Shown piece after piece: positions 36,131 to 46,476 of a stretch of DNA of 64,000 bases. Position 1 is the stretch's first letter. The number at the start of each line of letters is the position of its first letter. The notes beneath the pieces are model-generated. The model had not been told where the DNA came from. It did not search any database and saw nothing but the letters and a program-made list of their open reading frames with translations. The stretch lies in NCBI GenBank assembly GCA_963735805.1, contig CAVTMK010000002.1:128001-192000 (forward strand). Direction: 5' to 3'. This DNA is from an uncultured Verrucomicrobiae bacterium (GTDB taxonomy: Bacteria; Verrucomicrobiota; Verrucomicrobiia; Chthoniobacterales; UBA10450). Both the position numbers and the translations under genes were made by a program.

Positions 36131-39112
36131 GTGGCCACAAAAACTACCCAATTCGGGCAAGGGAACATCGACCCGCAACGCTGGGATCTTTTGAAAACGA
36201 TTCTGGGCGAAGCGTTGGAACAAAACTCTTCAGCGGCCCGGATCGCGTTGGTGGAGAGCCGCTGCGGTGGAGATACGGATTTGCTCGAAGAGGCGGAGTC
36301 GCTCCTGGCGGAAGCGGAGGCGATTCTTAAGGAGCGTAGCGACAGCTTCGAAGATTGCGCGCAGAACGCAGCCTCCACTTTCTGGCAGGAGGGACCGCCG
36401 CGCGGCGGAGAGCGCGTGGGCGCGTATGTCATCGTGCGTGAACTGGGCCGCGGCGGGATGGGCACAGTTTTCCTGGCGGAACGCGCTGATGGTCAATTTG
36501 AGAAACAAGTCGCGATCAAGATACTGAATCGAGGCGCCGACACGGCTGAGATCCTGCGGCGCTTCCGAGCGGAACGCCAGATCCTGGCCAACCTCGATCA
36601 TCCAAATATCGCGCGGCTGCTCGATGCCGGCACCACCGACGATGGTCTCCCCTACTTCATCATGGATTACATTGTCGGGGTACCGGTTACCCGATTTGCA
36701 GTCGCGCAAAAACTATCGACTCGTCAACGACTGGAGTTGTTTTTGAAAATCTGTGCCGCGGTGGAGTTCGCGCATCGGAATCTGGTTGTCCATCGCGACA
36801 TCAAGCCCAGTAACATTCTCGCAAACGCAGAAGCGGAGCCGAAGCTGCTCGATTTCGGGATCGCCAAGATCCTGGCGAAAGACGAAGACGCGGCGCAATC
36901 GATTACCGAAGGACAGCAGCATCTCACGCCCATCTCCGCTTCGCCCGAGCAGGCGAAAGGAGAACCGATAACAATCGCTACTGATATTTACTCGTTAGGC
37001 GCGCTGCTGTACGAAATGTTGAGCGACCAAAAGCCTCACCGATTTTCCACAGCCCGTCCCACGCATGAGGAACTGGCTTTGGTGGTGGGTGAGCAAGTTC
37101 CGCCGCCGCCCAGCGCTATTGCTTCTGATGCGCGCACCGCGCGGCAGTTGCGCGGTGATCTGGACGCGATCGTCCAGTTGGCGATGCGAAAGGAACCCGA
37201 GTTACGTTATGCCAGGGTAGCAGATCTCGCGGCTGATATTCGCCGCCATCTCGCGCGAGAGCCTGTTGTCGCGCGTCACCCCACTCTTGGTTATCGCGCG
37301 AAGTGTCTGCTCAAGCGAAATGGATCACTTCTGGTGACCAGCGCGGCTGTCGTGCTTGTGCTGGCCGGAGTTCTGTTCACGTTCCGGGCCCGGTCTCAGC
37401 AAAATGCGCGTGAAGCGGCAGACATGGCGGCGGGGGGATTCCGTGCACCAGCTCCGGATATGCGAAAAAGTATTGCAGTCCTGCCTTTCGAAAACCTGGG
37501 TGACAACAACTCTCCATCATATTTTGCCGATGGTGTTCAAGATAACATTCTGACCGATCTCGGTAAGGTGGGAGATCTGAAGGTCATCAGCCGTAGAGGT
37601 GTCGCGGCCTACCGGGACAAGAATAGAAATATGAAGCAGATCGGGCGTGACCTGGGTGTTGCGAACGTGCTGGAGGGAAGCGTGCAGATTTCGGGCGATC
37701 GCGTGCGGATTAACGCTCAACTCATCGACAGCCAGACGGACACCCAGCTTTGGGCGGAGGAATACGATCGCAAATTGGAGGACCTCTTCGCGCTCCAGAG
37801 TGAGCTCGCGCAGACGATCGCAGCCCAACTCAAAGCAACCCTCTCCACGGACGAAAAGGCTGAGATTTGGAGACAACCCACGCGGGATTTGCAAGCTTAT
37901 GATCTTTATCTCCGCGCCCGCGCTGCCTTGCGTGGTGAAGGTGCAGTTATTCCGCGCGAGAACTGGAACGCAGCAGTCGATTTTCTCGACAGGGCGATCG
38001 CTCGCGACCCAAAGTTCACTCTCGCCTATTGTCTGCTGAATGAGGCTTACGTTTTACAGTACCGTTTTGGCGAGGATCATTCGCCGCAGCATCTCGCTGC
38101 CGCGAAAGAAGCGGCGGAGACTGCGCTGCGACTCGAGCCGAATCGAGAAGAAGCACGCCTTGCACTTGCTCGATACTATTACCATGGGTTAAGGGACTAT
38201 CGTGGGGCGGAACATGAGTTATCGAGTCTCCCTTCTTCCGCGCCTCATGGAGTTGAGTTCTTTACCCTGGCTTCACAAGTCGAACGCCGTTTGGGGAAAT
38301 TTGCGGCAGCGATTCGCGATGGCGAAAAGGCGGTTGAGCTCGATCCGCAGAATGCATCGCTCGCTGCCAGTCTCGTGCAGACGTATTCGGGATTAAGGCG
38401 ATTCGGCGATTCAGAGCGCGCAGCGAACGCGGCCATTGCGCGACTGCGCGGAGCAAAGTCGACGGGACTTTTGGTGGTCAAGAGCGACTCGGCAGTGGGA
38501 ATGGGGAATCTCGAAGAAGCGCACACCGCGCTCGATTCAATCCATGATAGCGATGACGGGGATTACCAAGCCGCGCGACTCCGGCTCTACCTGGTCGAAA
38601 GAGATTACAGTGGAGCGAAAGCTTTCGCTGCGAAGATGACCGACGAGGCAAAAAGAAGGCCGGATTTCTGGCTCACCCTGGCAGCAGTTGCTCACGCGGA
38701 GGGTAAGGTAAGCGAGGAGCATCAGGCCTATGCGGAGGCGAAGCGCTCGGCACTGCTTGCACTCAAGCCGCGGCCAGATGACCCCGGACTCATTGGCCAA
38801 CTAGCGATCGCCGAGTCTGCGCTCGGCCAGAATGAAGAGGCACTCCGCCATGCGCGTCACGCCGCCGAGATGCTTCCGTCGAGCGTGGATGCTATCGGCG
38901 GTGCCATGTGCGAGATGAATCTCGCGGCAGTGCTGGTTATGACGGGAGACCGCGACGCTATTTTCGACCAATTAAGCAAGCTGGTGAAGCTGCCGTTTAG
39001 TCTTACCCATGGCGATTTGAAATTAGATCCGGTCTGGGATGACATTCGGGACGATCCCCGCTTCGATCGCATCCTGGCGGAGTCTGCTTTGCCTCTAGCG
39101 ACTGACGGCTAG
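36131..39112 (+). CDS. Ser/Thr protein kinase with TM, TolB-like and TPR domains
   Basis: GRGGMG, VAIK, HRDIKPSN, DFG, SPEQ; SIAVLPFENL; TPRs; DP.WD.IR.DPRF tail. Confidence 0.92.
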   Translation: MATKTTQFGQGNIDPQRWDLLKTILGEALEQNSSAARIALVESRCGGDTDLLEEAESLLAEAEAILKERSDSFEDCAQNAASTFWQEGPPRGGERVGAYVIVRELGRGGMGTVFLAERADGQFEKQVAIKILNRGADTAEILRRFRAERQILANLDHPNIARLLDAGTTDDGLPYFIMDYIVGVPVTRFAVAQKLSTRQRLELFLKICAAVEFAHRNLVVHRDIKPSNILANAEAEPKLLDFGIAKILAKDEDAAQSITEGQQHLTPISASPEQAKGEPITIATDIYSLGALLYEMLSDQKPHRFSTARPTHEELALVVGEQVPPPPSAIASDARTARQLRGDLDAIVQLAMRKEPELRYARVADLAADIRRHLAREPVVARHPTLGYRAKCLLKRNGSLLVTSAAVVLVLAGVLFTFRARSQQNAREAADMAAGGFRAPAPDMRKSIAVLPFENLGDNNSPSYFADGVQDNILTDLGKVGDLKVISRRGVAAYRDKNRNMKQIGRDLGVANVLEGSVQISGDRVRINAQLIDSQTDTQLWAEEYDRKLEDLFALQSELAQTIAAQLKATLSTDEKAEIWRQPTRDLQAYDLYLRARAALRGEGAVIPRENWNAAVDFLDRAIARDPKFTLAYCLLNEAYVLQYRFGEDHSPQHLAAAKEAAETALRLEPNREEARLALARYYYHGLRDYRGAEHELSSLPSSAPHGVEFFTLASQVERRLGKFAAAIRDGEKAVELDPQNASLAASLVQTYSGLRRFGDSERAANAAIARLRGAKSTGLLVVKSDSAVGMGNLEEAHTALDSIHDSDDGDYQAARLRLYLVERDYSGAKAFAAKMTDEAKRRPDFWLTLAAVAHAEGKVSEEHQAYAEAKRSALLALKPRPDDPGLIGQLAIAESALGQNEEALRHARHAAEMLPSSVDAIGGAMCEMNLAAVLVMTGDRDAIFDQLSKLVKLPFSLTHGDLKLDPVWDDIRDDPRFDRILAESALPLATDG

Positions 39113-39325
39113 CGCCCACTTTCAGTGCGCATTAGCATTCGTTAGGGGTTGATGGGCGGTCGACTTAGTTGAGCGATGATGAGGTAATTCGTGAATCGTC
39201 AGACCGGATATGTTGCTGCTGACACAGCAAAGCCGCAGTCAGCGACAGCGGCTACAGCGTGGGCGAAACGCCTGCCACTACAGCATTGCTGCTACAACAA
39301 TGAGATGAAACTTCGACGTTCACTC

Positions 39326-41077
39326 TCAGGTTTTCGCTTGTTGCTTTTGCGCGGCTTGAGTCTTAATCCAGGCTTCCACTCTTTCCTGCAGCAGGTCTAA
39401 CGGCATCGCGCCGCCGTTCAATATTTCATCGTGGAACGCTTTGAGATTGAATTTTTCTCCGAGTTGGCTCTTCGCTTCATCGCGCAACTTGAGAATGGTT
39501 AACTGACCCATCTTGTAAGCGAGCGCTTGCCCGGGCCAGGCGATGTACCGGTCCGCTTCAGTCTGCGCCAGCGCGTCGTTGATGTCGTTGGCGTGCATGT
39601 AATCGATCACCTGCTGGCGGCTCCAGTTTTTGTCGTGAATCCCGGTATCGACCACCAGCCTGACGGCGCGAAGCATTTCCGAACTCAACCGGCCGTAGTC
39701 AGACACAGGGTCCTGGTAAAAACCGATCTCTTTGCCTAACACCTCGGAGTAAAGCGCCCAGCCTTCGGCATACGCGCTAAAAAAACCGTGCAGCCGAAAC
39801 TTCGGCAAGCCTTCCAGCGTCTGGGCGATACTGATTTGCAGGTGATGACCGGGAACGCCCTCGTGATAGGCAACGGCTTCGTCGTCGACCAGGGTACGCT
39901 TGGTGGGGTTAGAGACGGCAACAACGACGCGGCCCGGACGTTTCCCATCCGGCGTGCCCGGGACGTAATGGGTCGCGGCGGCTTTGGCGAATTCAGGAAT
40001 CGGTTCCACCGTGACTGGCGACTTCGGCAGCAATCCAAATAGTTCCGGCAACTTCGGCTCCATTTGATGGATGTATTTTTTGTAGTCGTCCAGAATCTGT
40101 TGCTCGCTGGTCGGTTTCCACTTGGGATCGTTGTTGACCGCTTCCCGGAAGCTGGCCAGGTCTTTGTATCCCTGGCTCTGGGCCAGCTTGGTCATCTCGG
40201 CGGTGATGCGCGCTACTTCCTTGAGCCCGATCTCATGGATGTCGGCCGGCGGAACGTTGACTGTGGTCATCGTTTTCACCGCTTCGGCGTAGCGCCGTTT
40301 CCCGTCAGCGAGGCTTTCGATCGTCAGCTCGGTTCGTCCTTTCGGAGCGTACTCGGTGCGCAAGAACTCGGCGAACTTTCGATAAGCGGGAAACACATCG
40401 TCGGTAACCGCCTTGGTGATCTCGTCGCTGAGGCGTTTCTTGTCTTGCTCGGAAAATTCCGCGGGAAATTTTTTGGTCGGTTCGAGGAACGGATTCGCAG
40501 CGATGATGCCGTCGCATTGGCCGGGCAACTTTTCGACGACGAGCCTGGGCGGCATCAGGTGATCCTTCTCGCCCAGCCGCATTACCTCTGTCGTCTGTTC
40601 CAGCACCCGCGGGATCTGGTGTAATCGGGAGATGTAATCCTGGTAATGCGGGACGGAATCAAACGGCGCCGCGTTCGGCAAATCGGCCAGCCGAGTGTGC
40701 ACACCGTTCTGCTGGTTCACCGGCATCTCGTAATTCTTCAGTGCGTAGTTCACGTCTTCGCGCTCCAGTTGCTTTTCGAGGATGCGATGACTTAAGAGGT
40801 CGTTGTCGCTCATGCCATCGGTCGCGATCGCCCTTAATCGAGCGAGAAAGGCATCGTTTTCCGCATGTTGCCGGGCGATCTCCGCGAGCGAAACCTGTCC
40901 AAGCTGCGAGTTGTAACGGTAATCGCCGTACTGTGTTGCCCGCTCCGGGAAATTCTTAAGCCCGGCTTGATAATACTCCTCAAAAAGCGCGTTCTGCTTT
41001 TCTACCCGATCCGACACCGTTTGCCCAAAAGCAGAGCAGGCCAACCCGAGAACCAACCCAAAAACCAGTTGTCGCAT
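39326..41077 (-). CDS. DUF885 family secreted protein
   Basis: HEGVPGHHLQ, EGWALY.E, RLVVDTGIH and RY..WPGQA.AYK.G motifs. Confidence 0.9.
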   Translation of the reverse strand: MRQLVFGLVLGLACSAFGQTVSDRVEKQNALFEEYYQAGLKNFPERATQYGDYRYNSQLGQVSLAEIARQHAENDAFLARLRAIATDGMSDNDLLSHRILEKQLEREDVNYALKNYEMPVNQQNGVHTRLADLPNAAPFDSVPHYQDYISRLHQIPRVLEQTTEVMRLGEKDHLMPPRLVVEKLPGQCDGIIAANPFLEPTKKFPAEFSEQDKKRLSDEITKAVTDDVFPAYRKFAEFLRTEYAPKGRTELTIESLADGKRRYAEAVKTMTTVNVPPADIHEIGLKEVARITAEMTKLAQSQGYKDLASFREAVNNDPKWKPTSEQQILDDYKKYIHQMEPKLPELFGLLPKSPVTVEPIPEFAKAAATHYVPGTPDGKRPGRVVVAVSNPTKRTLVDDEAVAYHEGVPGHHLQISIAQTLEGLPKFRLHGFFSAYAEGWALYSEVLGKEIGFYQDPVSDYGRLSSEMLRAVRLVVDTGIHDKNWSRQQVIDYMHANDINDALAQTEADRYIAWPGQALAYKMGQLTILKLRDEAKSQLGEKFNLKAFHDEILNGGAMPLDLLQERVEAWIKTQAAQKQQAKT

Positions 41078-41246
41078 ATTGGTGCACGCTAGCAGAATGG
41101 CGTCACCGCGCACGTTGTGATTAGGGTTGAATGCCGCAGTCAGCGACAGCTCCGAAAGCGTTCGCGAGCTGGCGGCCTACATCAGTTCGCAGGCGACACG
41201 CCTGCCACTACAGCGTGAATGATCAAAAGAAAAGTCGATCTGACGT

Positions 41247-42125
41247 TTAGCCGGCGATCGTGTTCAATTCTTTAATTGCCTCGTCAGGCAATTGAAGGCC
41301 AGCGCCAGCAACATTCTCTCTCAGATGTTCCACGGATGATGTTCCGGGAATGAGCAGAACGTTCGGCGAACGTTGAAGCAGCCACGCCAATGCGACGCTC
41401 ATTGGCTTGGCATTTAAGCGCGCGGCGACGTTCGACAAGGTTTCGGATTGCAGCGGGGTAAAACCACCGAGCGGGAAGAACGGCACATAACCAATTCCCT
41501 GTTCGGCAAGGGAATCGATGAGCGCGTCATCCTGACGGTTGGCGATGTTGTAGAAGTTTTGGACGCACACTACCGGAGCGATCGATTGCGCTTCGGCGAT
41601 TTGCTCGGCGGTGACATTGCTTACTCCAAGGTGCTTAATCAGACCCGCTCCCTGCATTTCCGCGAGCACGCGGAACGGTTTCGCGATCGAACCTGGCGTT
41701 GGCGAGTCCAGGCCACCGACCCGCAGATTGACCACATCAAGGGTGTCGAGCCCAAGGTTTGCGAGGTTATCATCGACAGCTTCCCGGAGTTGATCGGGCG
41801 CGAGCGCTCTCGGCCAATTTCCTTCCGCGTCCCGCCGCGCACCGAGTTTGGTGACAATCCGTAACTGCTCCGGATATGGGTGCAGTGCTTCTTTGATCAG
41901 TTGATTAGTGATATGCGGCCCATAAAAGTCGCTAGTATCGATGTGATTGATTCCGAGCCTAACGACCTCACGCAGGACTGCGATCGCGCCGTCATGATCT
42001 TTTGGTGGCCCGAAAACGTGTGGACCAGCGAGCTGCATGGCGCCGTAGCCCACGCGAGCCAGGATCAGGCCATCGGCCAGCTTCAAGGTGCCGCCGGGCA
42101 AGGTGGTGGAGGCCATCGTTTTCAA
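41247..42125 (-). CDS. Aldo/keto reductase
   Basis: GYGAMQL, IDTSDFYG, GVSN and IPGTSS..HL.EN motifs. Confidence 0.92.
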   Translation of the reverse strand: MKTMASTTLPGGTLKLADGLILARVGYGAMQLAGPHVFGPPKDHDGAIAVLREVVRLGINHIDTSDFYGPHITNQLIKEALHPYPEQLRIVTKLGARRDAEGNWPRALAPDQLREAVDDNLANLGLDTLDVVNLRVGGLDSPTPGSIAKPFRVLAEMQGAGLIKHLGVSNVTAEQIAEAQSIAPVVCVQNFYNIANRQDDALIDSLAEQGIGYVPFFPLGGFTPLQSETLSNVAARLNAKPMSVALAWLLQRSPNVLLIPGTSSVEHLRENVAGAGLQLPDEAIKELNTIAG

Positions 42126-42326
42126 AATTAGAGGTATGAATTACGAAGAATGGGAACGGCGAACATTCAAGATCAAACGTTCAATGGAAACTCCAGCGTG
42201 CAACAGGCGTTCACGAACTTCGTGTTTGTCCGTATCGCCTGAATCCTATCTAATCACCGCGATGCACCCAGGTGACGCCCCGTCTAGGCTACCCAAATAG
42301 CTTACGATAAAGAGCGGTAAACAGAC

Positions 42327-43184
42327 GTGGCGAAGAAAATCCTTTTAATCGGCGGAATCTGCCTGGCGCTGGGTGTTGGCGCCGTGGTGTGCTTGTTCGT
42401 TGCTTTTTTTGTGTCCATGGAAAGAGGCGAAAAACATCAGCGCCAGATACGAGAGGAGCAGCGCTCGGGGAAATGGGACTTTGGCGATCAGCCGGCACTT
42501 TTTGCTGTCGCGCAGGGCATCGTAAAAAACGATCAAGACGCAATCCGCGTGACAGCGAAGGCGCTTCCGGATTTGCAGACGCCCGGACGCGACGGCACGA
42601 CGTTGCTCTACTTCGCCGTGACGCAATCGTGGCAGCGCCCGGAATTAGTCGAGGCGGTTAGAACTTTGCTTTCGCTCGGCGCGAACCCGAACTACACCAA
42701 TGGCAAGCGAGACTCGTTCGCAATGGCCAACGCGGTGCATGGGTCGGTGCCCGTTCTTCGCGCGATGCTGGAGGCGGGTGGAAATCCGAACGCTCGCAAT
42801 GAGTTCGGTGAGCCGATGATTCTCAAGAACTGGTATCTGGGTTACTACCCGGGTCAGGCAAGGTCGCGACTTGATCTGCTTCTCGACCACGGTGCCGATA
42901 TCAATTCCGCGATGCCGCAGAGTGCGTCGGATTCCGCTGGTTACACGTTGCTGCTATACCGCACGAAAATGGGACTCGACGACAAGCTCGCTTATGCGGA
43001 CGCGCTGGCCCTGCTCGAGCGCGGAGCCGATCCCAATCGTGCGGCTGCCGACGGAATGACGTTTGGAAAGATGCTAACGGAACACCGGGCGCAATTCGGT
43101 CGAACGCGTAAACAACCGCCGGCGGAGTTCGCCGCGCTTTGGGACTGGGCCGAAAAACACGGGATCATCCAGCAAGGCCAGTAG
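42327..43184 (+). CDS. Membrane-anchored ankyrin-repeat protein
   Basis: N-terminal TM; GTTLLYFA..LL..GANPN, GADIN and GADPN repeats. Confidence 0.8.
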   Translation: MAKKILLIGGICLALGVGAVVCLFVAFFVSMERGEKHQRQIREEQRSGKWDFGDQPALFAVAQGIVKNDQDAIRVTAKALPDLQTPGRDGTTLLYFAVTQSWQRPELVEAVRTLLSLGANPNYTNGKRDSFAMANAVHGSVPVLRAMLEAGGNPNARNEFGEPMILKNWYLGYYPGQARSRLDLLLDHGADINSAMPQSASDSAGYTLLLYRTKMGLDDKLAYADALALLERGADPNRAAADGMTFGKMLTEHRAQFGRTRKQPPAEFAALWDWAEKHGIIQQGQ

Positions 43185-43457
43185 GTCGAGAGTCCCAACG
43201 GCTAGGTTGGAACTTGTTCGTTGCCGGCACTCTCAAAACCGCCCTAGCTCTGAGATTTTACCAAAATGGTTGCGTTCACTAATTCTCGAACGGAGCAGTT
43301 GTTCACTCGAAGCTTATTGTCTTGACGGTCAATCCGACGGACACCACGCTCCCGGCATCGACACGCGCGTTGAAGCGCTGACTTCGATGTAGCTCGCCCT
43401 GAAAGGGCTTTCTGGTTCGAGACGAGCTGCCCAAAACTCAACCGGAAAAAAGTTATT

Positions 43458-43931
43458 ATGAAATTATTCACGCCACTTCTGGTAATCACAATCCTCGCGC
43501 TCGCGGTCGCGCCTTGCGCGCAGGCTCAGGAAAAATCCGCCGACTCGAGCGTAATCACGGCCAAGCTCAAGCAGATGGAAGACACGTGGGCCAAGGCACT
43601 GTTAAACAAGGATCACGCCGCGGTCGGAAACATGGTCGCGGACGATTTTGCCGGATTTAACTCCAAAGGGGAACATCGGACCAAGTCCCAGCTCGTCGAT
43701 GAAATGAAAAACGAAACCAACACCTTGAGCTCATCGGCGAACGACAAAATGGACGTTCACGTCTACGCGCCGAACCTGGCCACCGTCTGCGGCACCTCAA
43801 CGGAAAAGGGCAAGGATAAGGATGGTAAAGAGTTTAGCCATAGCTACGCGTGGGTGGATACTTGGATGGAACGCAATGGCAAATGGGAGTGCATCGCCGA
43901 GGCTGTCATGCAGTTCCCGGAAAAGAAGTAA
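43458..43931 (+). CDS. Secreted NTF2-like (DUF4440) protein
   Basis: E..W..A....D.....ADDF...DTW..RNGKW pattern. Confidence 0.85.
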   Translation: MKLFTPLLVITILALAVAPCAQAQEKSADSSVITAKLKQMEDTWAKALLNKDHAAVGNMVADDFAGFNSKGEHRTKSQLVDEMKNETNTLSSSANDKMDVHVYAPNLATVCGTSTEKGKDKDGKEFSHSYAWVDTWMERNGKWECIAEAVMQFPEKK

Positions 43932-43994
43932 CGGGAAACGCCGTCTTCCGGAATGGATTGACGCCTATTGAAGAAAATGCTCACACCGCGACAG

Positions 43995-44465
43995 GTGAAA
44001 GCGAATCGTACTATCCTGGTGGCTCTGTTGCTGTTGATAACAGCAACAGCAACTTTTGCTGCCAATGCGCTGATGGGTACTTGGAAGCTCAATGAAGGCA
44101 AATCGAAGTTCGCTCCAGGCGCAACGAAAAATACTACGGTCACCTACGCCCCAGCCAAAGGTGACATGATAAAGTGCACGGTGGATGGGGTGGATAAGGA
44201 TGGTAAACCCATCCACTGGACTTGGGTGGGGAAATTCGATGGCAAGCCATACCAAATGAAGGGCAGTCCATCCTTCGACACGCTGACCTATAAGCCAGTG
44301 AATGGTCGCACCAATAAAACGACGGCCACTAAAGCCGGCAAGGTAGTGATGACAGGCATGATCACTGTGGCGAAAGATGGGAAGTCGCGCGTGGTCACGC
44401 TCATGGGGACGGGTGCGAACGGACAGAAGTTCACTGATACCACTTACTACGACAAGCAGCAGTAG
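43995..44465 (+). CDS. Secreted hypothetical (lipocalin-like) protein
   Basis: Signal peptide, GTWKLN..KSKF and KFDGK.Y motifs. Confidence 0.75.
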   Translation: MKANRTILVALLLLITATATFAANALMGTWKLNEGKSKFAPGATKNTTVTYAPAKGDMIKCTVDGVDKDGKPIHWTWVGKFDGKPYQMKGSPSFDTLTYKPVNGRTNKTTATKAGKVVMTGMITVAKDGKSRVVTLMGTGANGQKFTDTTYYDKQQ

Positions 44466-44594
44466 AGCGCGAGTGTCGCGGATTTCGTTCGCGTCCAAAC
44501 TCCAAAAGTCTTGGCCACTCGCCGCCGCGAGTAAACCAGCTTTAGGCAGGCTGAAGCACGCCGCAGTCGGCGACCCGCCCAAGGCGGGCTACGG

Positions 44595-44888
44595 TTATTT
44601 GATTTTCGCGAGAATGCCTTCCATCTCGTCCCTGCGGAAGGCGCGCATTGTCTGGGTCTTGACGCTTCCCATCGAACTTACTTTAAGCGCGAAGGCAGTC
44701 ATGGTCTCGTCATTGGGTGCGTCGAGCAGCACTACCACATCGTACGCGCCCATCGTCCAGAACGGTTCGATTATCTTCATGCCCATTTTCTCGGCCTCGG
44801 TCATCGCAGCCTCGTGTCGCCTGAGTGTGTCCTTGATGTTGTGGATGCCCTGGTCGGTAAACTTAATAAGACTGACATACATAGCCAT
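44595..44888 (-). CDS. GYD domain protein
   Basis: AAGGAG RBS; FTDQG, WTMGAYD and G.V.T.T.RAF motifs. Confidence 0.88.
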   Translation of the reverse strand: MAMYVSLIKFTDQGIHNIKDTLRRHEAAMTEAEKMGMKIIEPFWTMGAYDVVVLLDAPNDETMTAFALKVSSMGSVKTQTMRAFRRDEMEGILAKIK

Positions 44889-45006
44889 AGTGATCGCTCC
44901 TTTGGTTGAAGTGTAATTGAAGACTATTGCAGGTCCGGAGCTAGCCGAAAGCGGCTTATGATTTCGACCGAATGAGCGCTCTGCGCGCATCCCCGTATTC
45001 CGAAGC

Positions 45007-46050
45007 TCAACCGTTCTGGTGCCGGTGGCGGCGCAGCAATTGGCGCACTGCCCACACGATAAAAATCAATACCGCAACTGCGATGATTGCCAGCGTCACA
45101 AGATTGCGAATAGGATTGGTAAGAATGTAATTCGGGTGCCGCGCATAGAAGCCGTTGAAATGTTCAAAGTCTCCTGGCAGCGCTGTTAGATTTTCTCGTG
45201 TCAACTCGAGCCGGTGCTCATTTGGATGGTAGTGAGATCCAAAACGGTAGGGGTGTCCTGCGGTGTCCAATTCGATGTGTGCACCCAGGACATGAGTAAG
45301 CCGGCGCCACTTCAGAAAGTCTATAACGCGCAAGGCACTTTCGCGATACGCTGCGGCGTCTTCGATCAGCAATCGGCCCGGCAGCAGAAAATCTCCCGAA
45401 AAAAGAATCCCGGTTCGGCTGTCATAAAATGCCACGTGGGTCGCGTTGTGACCGGGTGTCGGAATTACGTCGATAATTCGGCCACCCAAATCCAGATGTG
45501 CAATTTCGTCAGGCCAATGAGTGAAACCGTAAAACGCTTTAACTCCCTCCAAATCTATGGGCACTATCTGAACCGATGGAAGAGATGCGAACTGAGGATC
45601 GCCGGCGCGATGATCCATATGCCTGTGGGTATGCGCCACAAGGAGTGGAAGTTTTTTGTGATCTTTTTCCGGCAATAGTTCCAGGACCGTTTTCGCCAGG
45701 GGCATCTCTTTCGGGTCCGCAACGTCGCCTGTATCGATTAGAAGAGCTTTATCGGAGCCGACGAGGAGATAGAGAAAATTCGCTTCGAAGCTTGCACATG
45801 GATTCTGGCGCAGAATAAGAGTTTGCGACTCGTAAGCATGAATTTGAAGGGGCGCTTGTGGCGTTGCTTTACAATCTGAAGCCCCTTCATTCCAGTGCAC
45901 GTCTAATGATCCAGGCGCAGGCTGAGACCGGGCCGACATCGCTGTGAACAGGGACGTCGACACCGCTATTCCGATCGCCACTTTCCAAGGCATACAAAGG
46001 TACAACAAAAAAGCGTTAGCAATTTGGCGCTTAACATTAAGCCAATTCAT
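45007..46050 (-). CDS. Metallo-beta-lactamase-fold hydrolase with C-terminal TM (start uncertain)
   Basis: LIDTG, HTHRHMDH, TPGH, SGD and GAH motifs. Confidence 0.85.
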   Translation of the reverse strand: MNWLNVKRQIANAFLLYLCMPWKVAIGIAVSTSLFTAMSARSQPAPGSLDVHWNEGASDCKATPQAPLQIHAYESQTLILRQNPCASFEANFLYLLVGSDKALLIDTGDVADPKEMPLAKTVLELLPEKDHKKLPLLVAHTHRHMDHRAGDPQFASLPSVQIVPIDLEGVKAFYGFTHWPDEIAHLDLGGRIIDVIPTPGHNATHVAFYDSRTGILFSGDFLLPGRLLIEDAAAYRESALRVIDFLKWRRLTHVLGAHIELDTAGHPYRFGSHYHPNEHRLELTRENLTALPGDFEHFNGFYARHPNYILTNPIRNLVTLAIIAVAVLIFIVWAVRQLLRRHRHQNG

Positions 46051-46140
46051 ACAATCCGCCTTTTTATAGAGATGCCGACACCGGACCTATTGGATTCAAA
46101 ACATCTATCGCTTGTACGGCGTAAGGAGATAGGTTCGCGC

Positions 46141-46347
46141 CTACGCGCGGCGGAGAGAAACGTTAGTTGCTTTTACCAGCGCGAAGACTTTGTCGCCGGG
46201 CTTAAGTTTCAGTTCCTGGACCGAGCGCGTTGTAATGATCGACGCGATATCACCGATGCTCGTCTCGACGATTACTTCACTGATGACTTTGTCGGACACG
46301 ATGCTTTTCACGGTTCCCGGGAGCTGGTTTCGGGTGCTTTGTTCCAT
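46141..46347 (-). CDS. Molybdate-binding Mop/TOBE protein
   Basis: STRNQLPGTV..I, ASIIT..SV.EL.L..GD.V.ALVKAT motifs. Confidence 0.9.
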   Translation of the reverse strand: MEQSTRNQLPGTVKSIVSDKVISEVIVETSIGDIASIITTRSVQELKLKPGDKVFALVKATNVSLRRA

Positions 46348-46476
46348 AACTGGTGAAGATAGCGCGAGCGAAGCCGGATGTCAGCGATGGGAGATTAGCG
46401 GTTGTGTTTAAAACGGGAGACGTGTGCGCGAGTTCCCTTGTGCAAGTCGGCACGGGCTGATAAAACAGCGGCCTAA

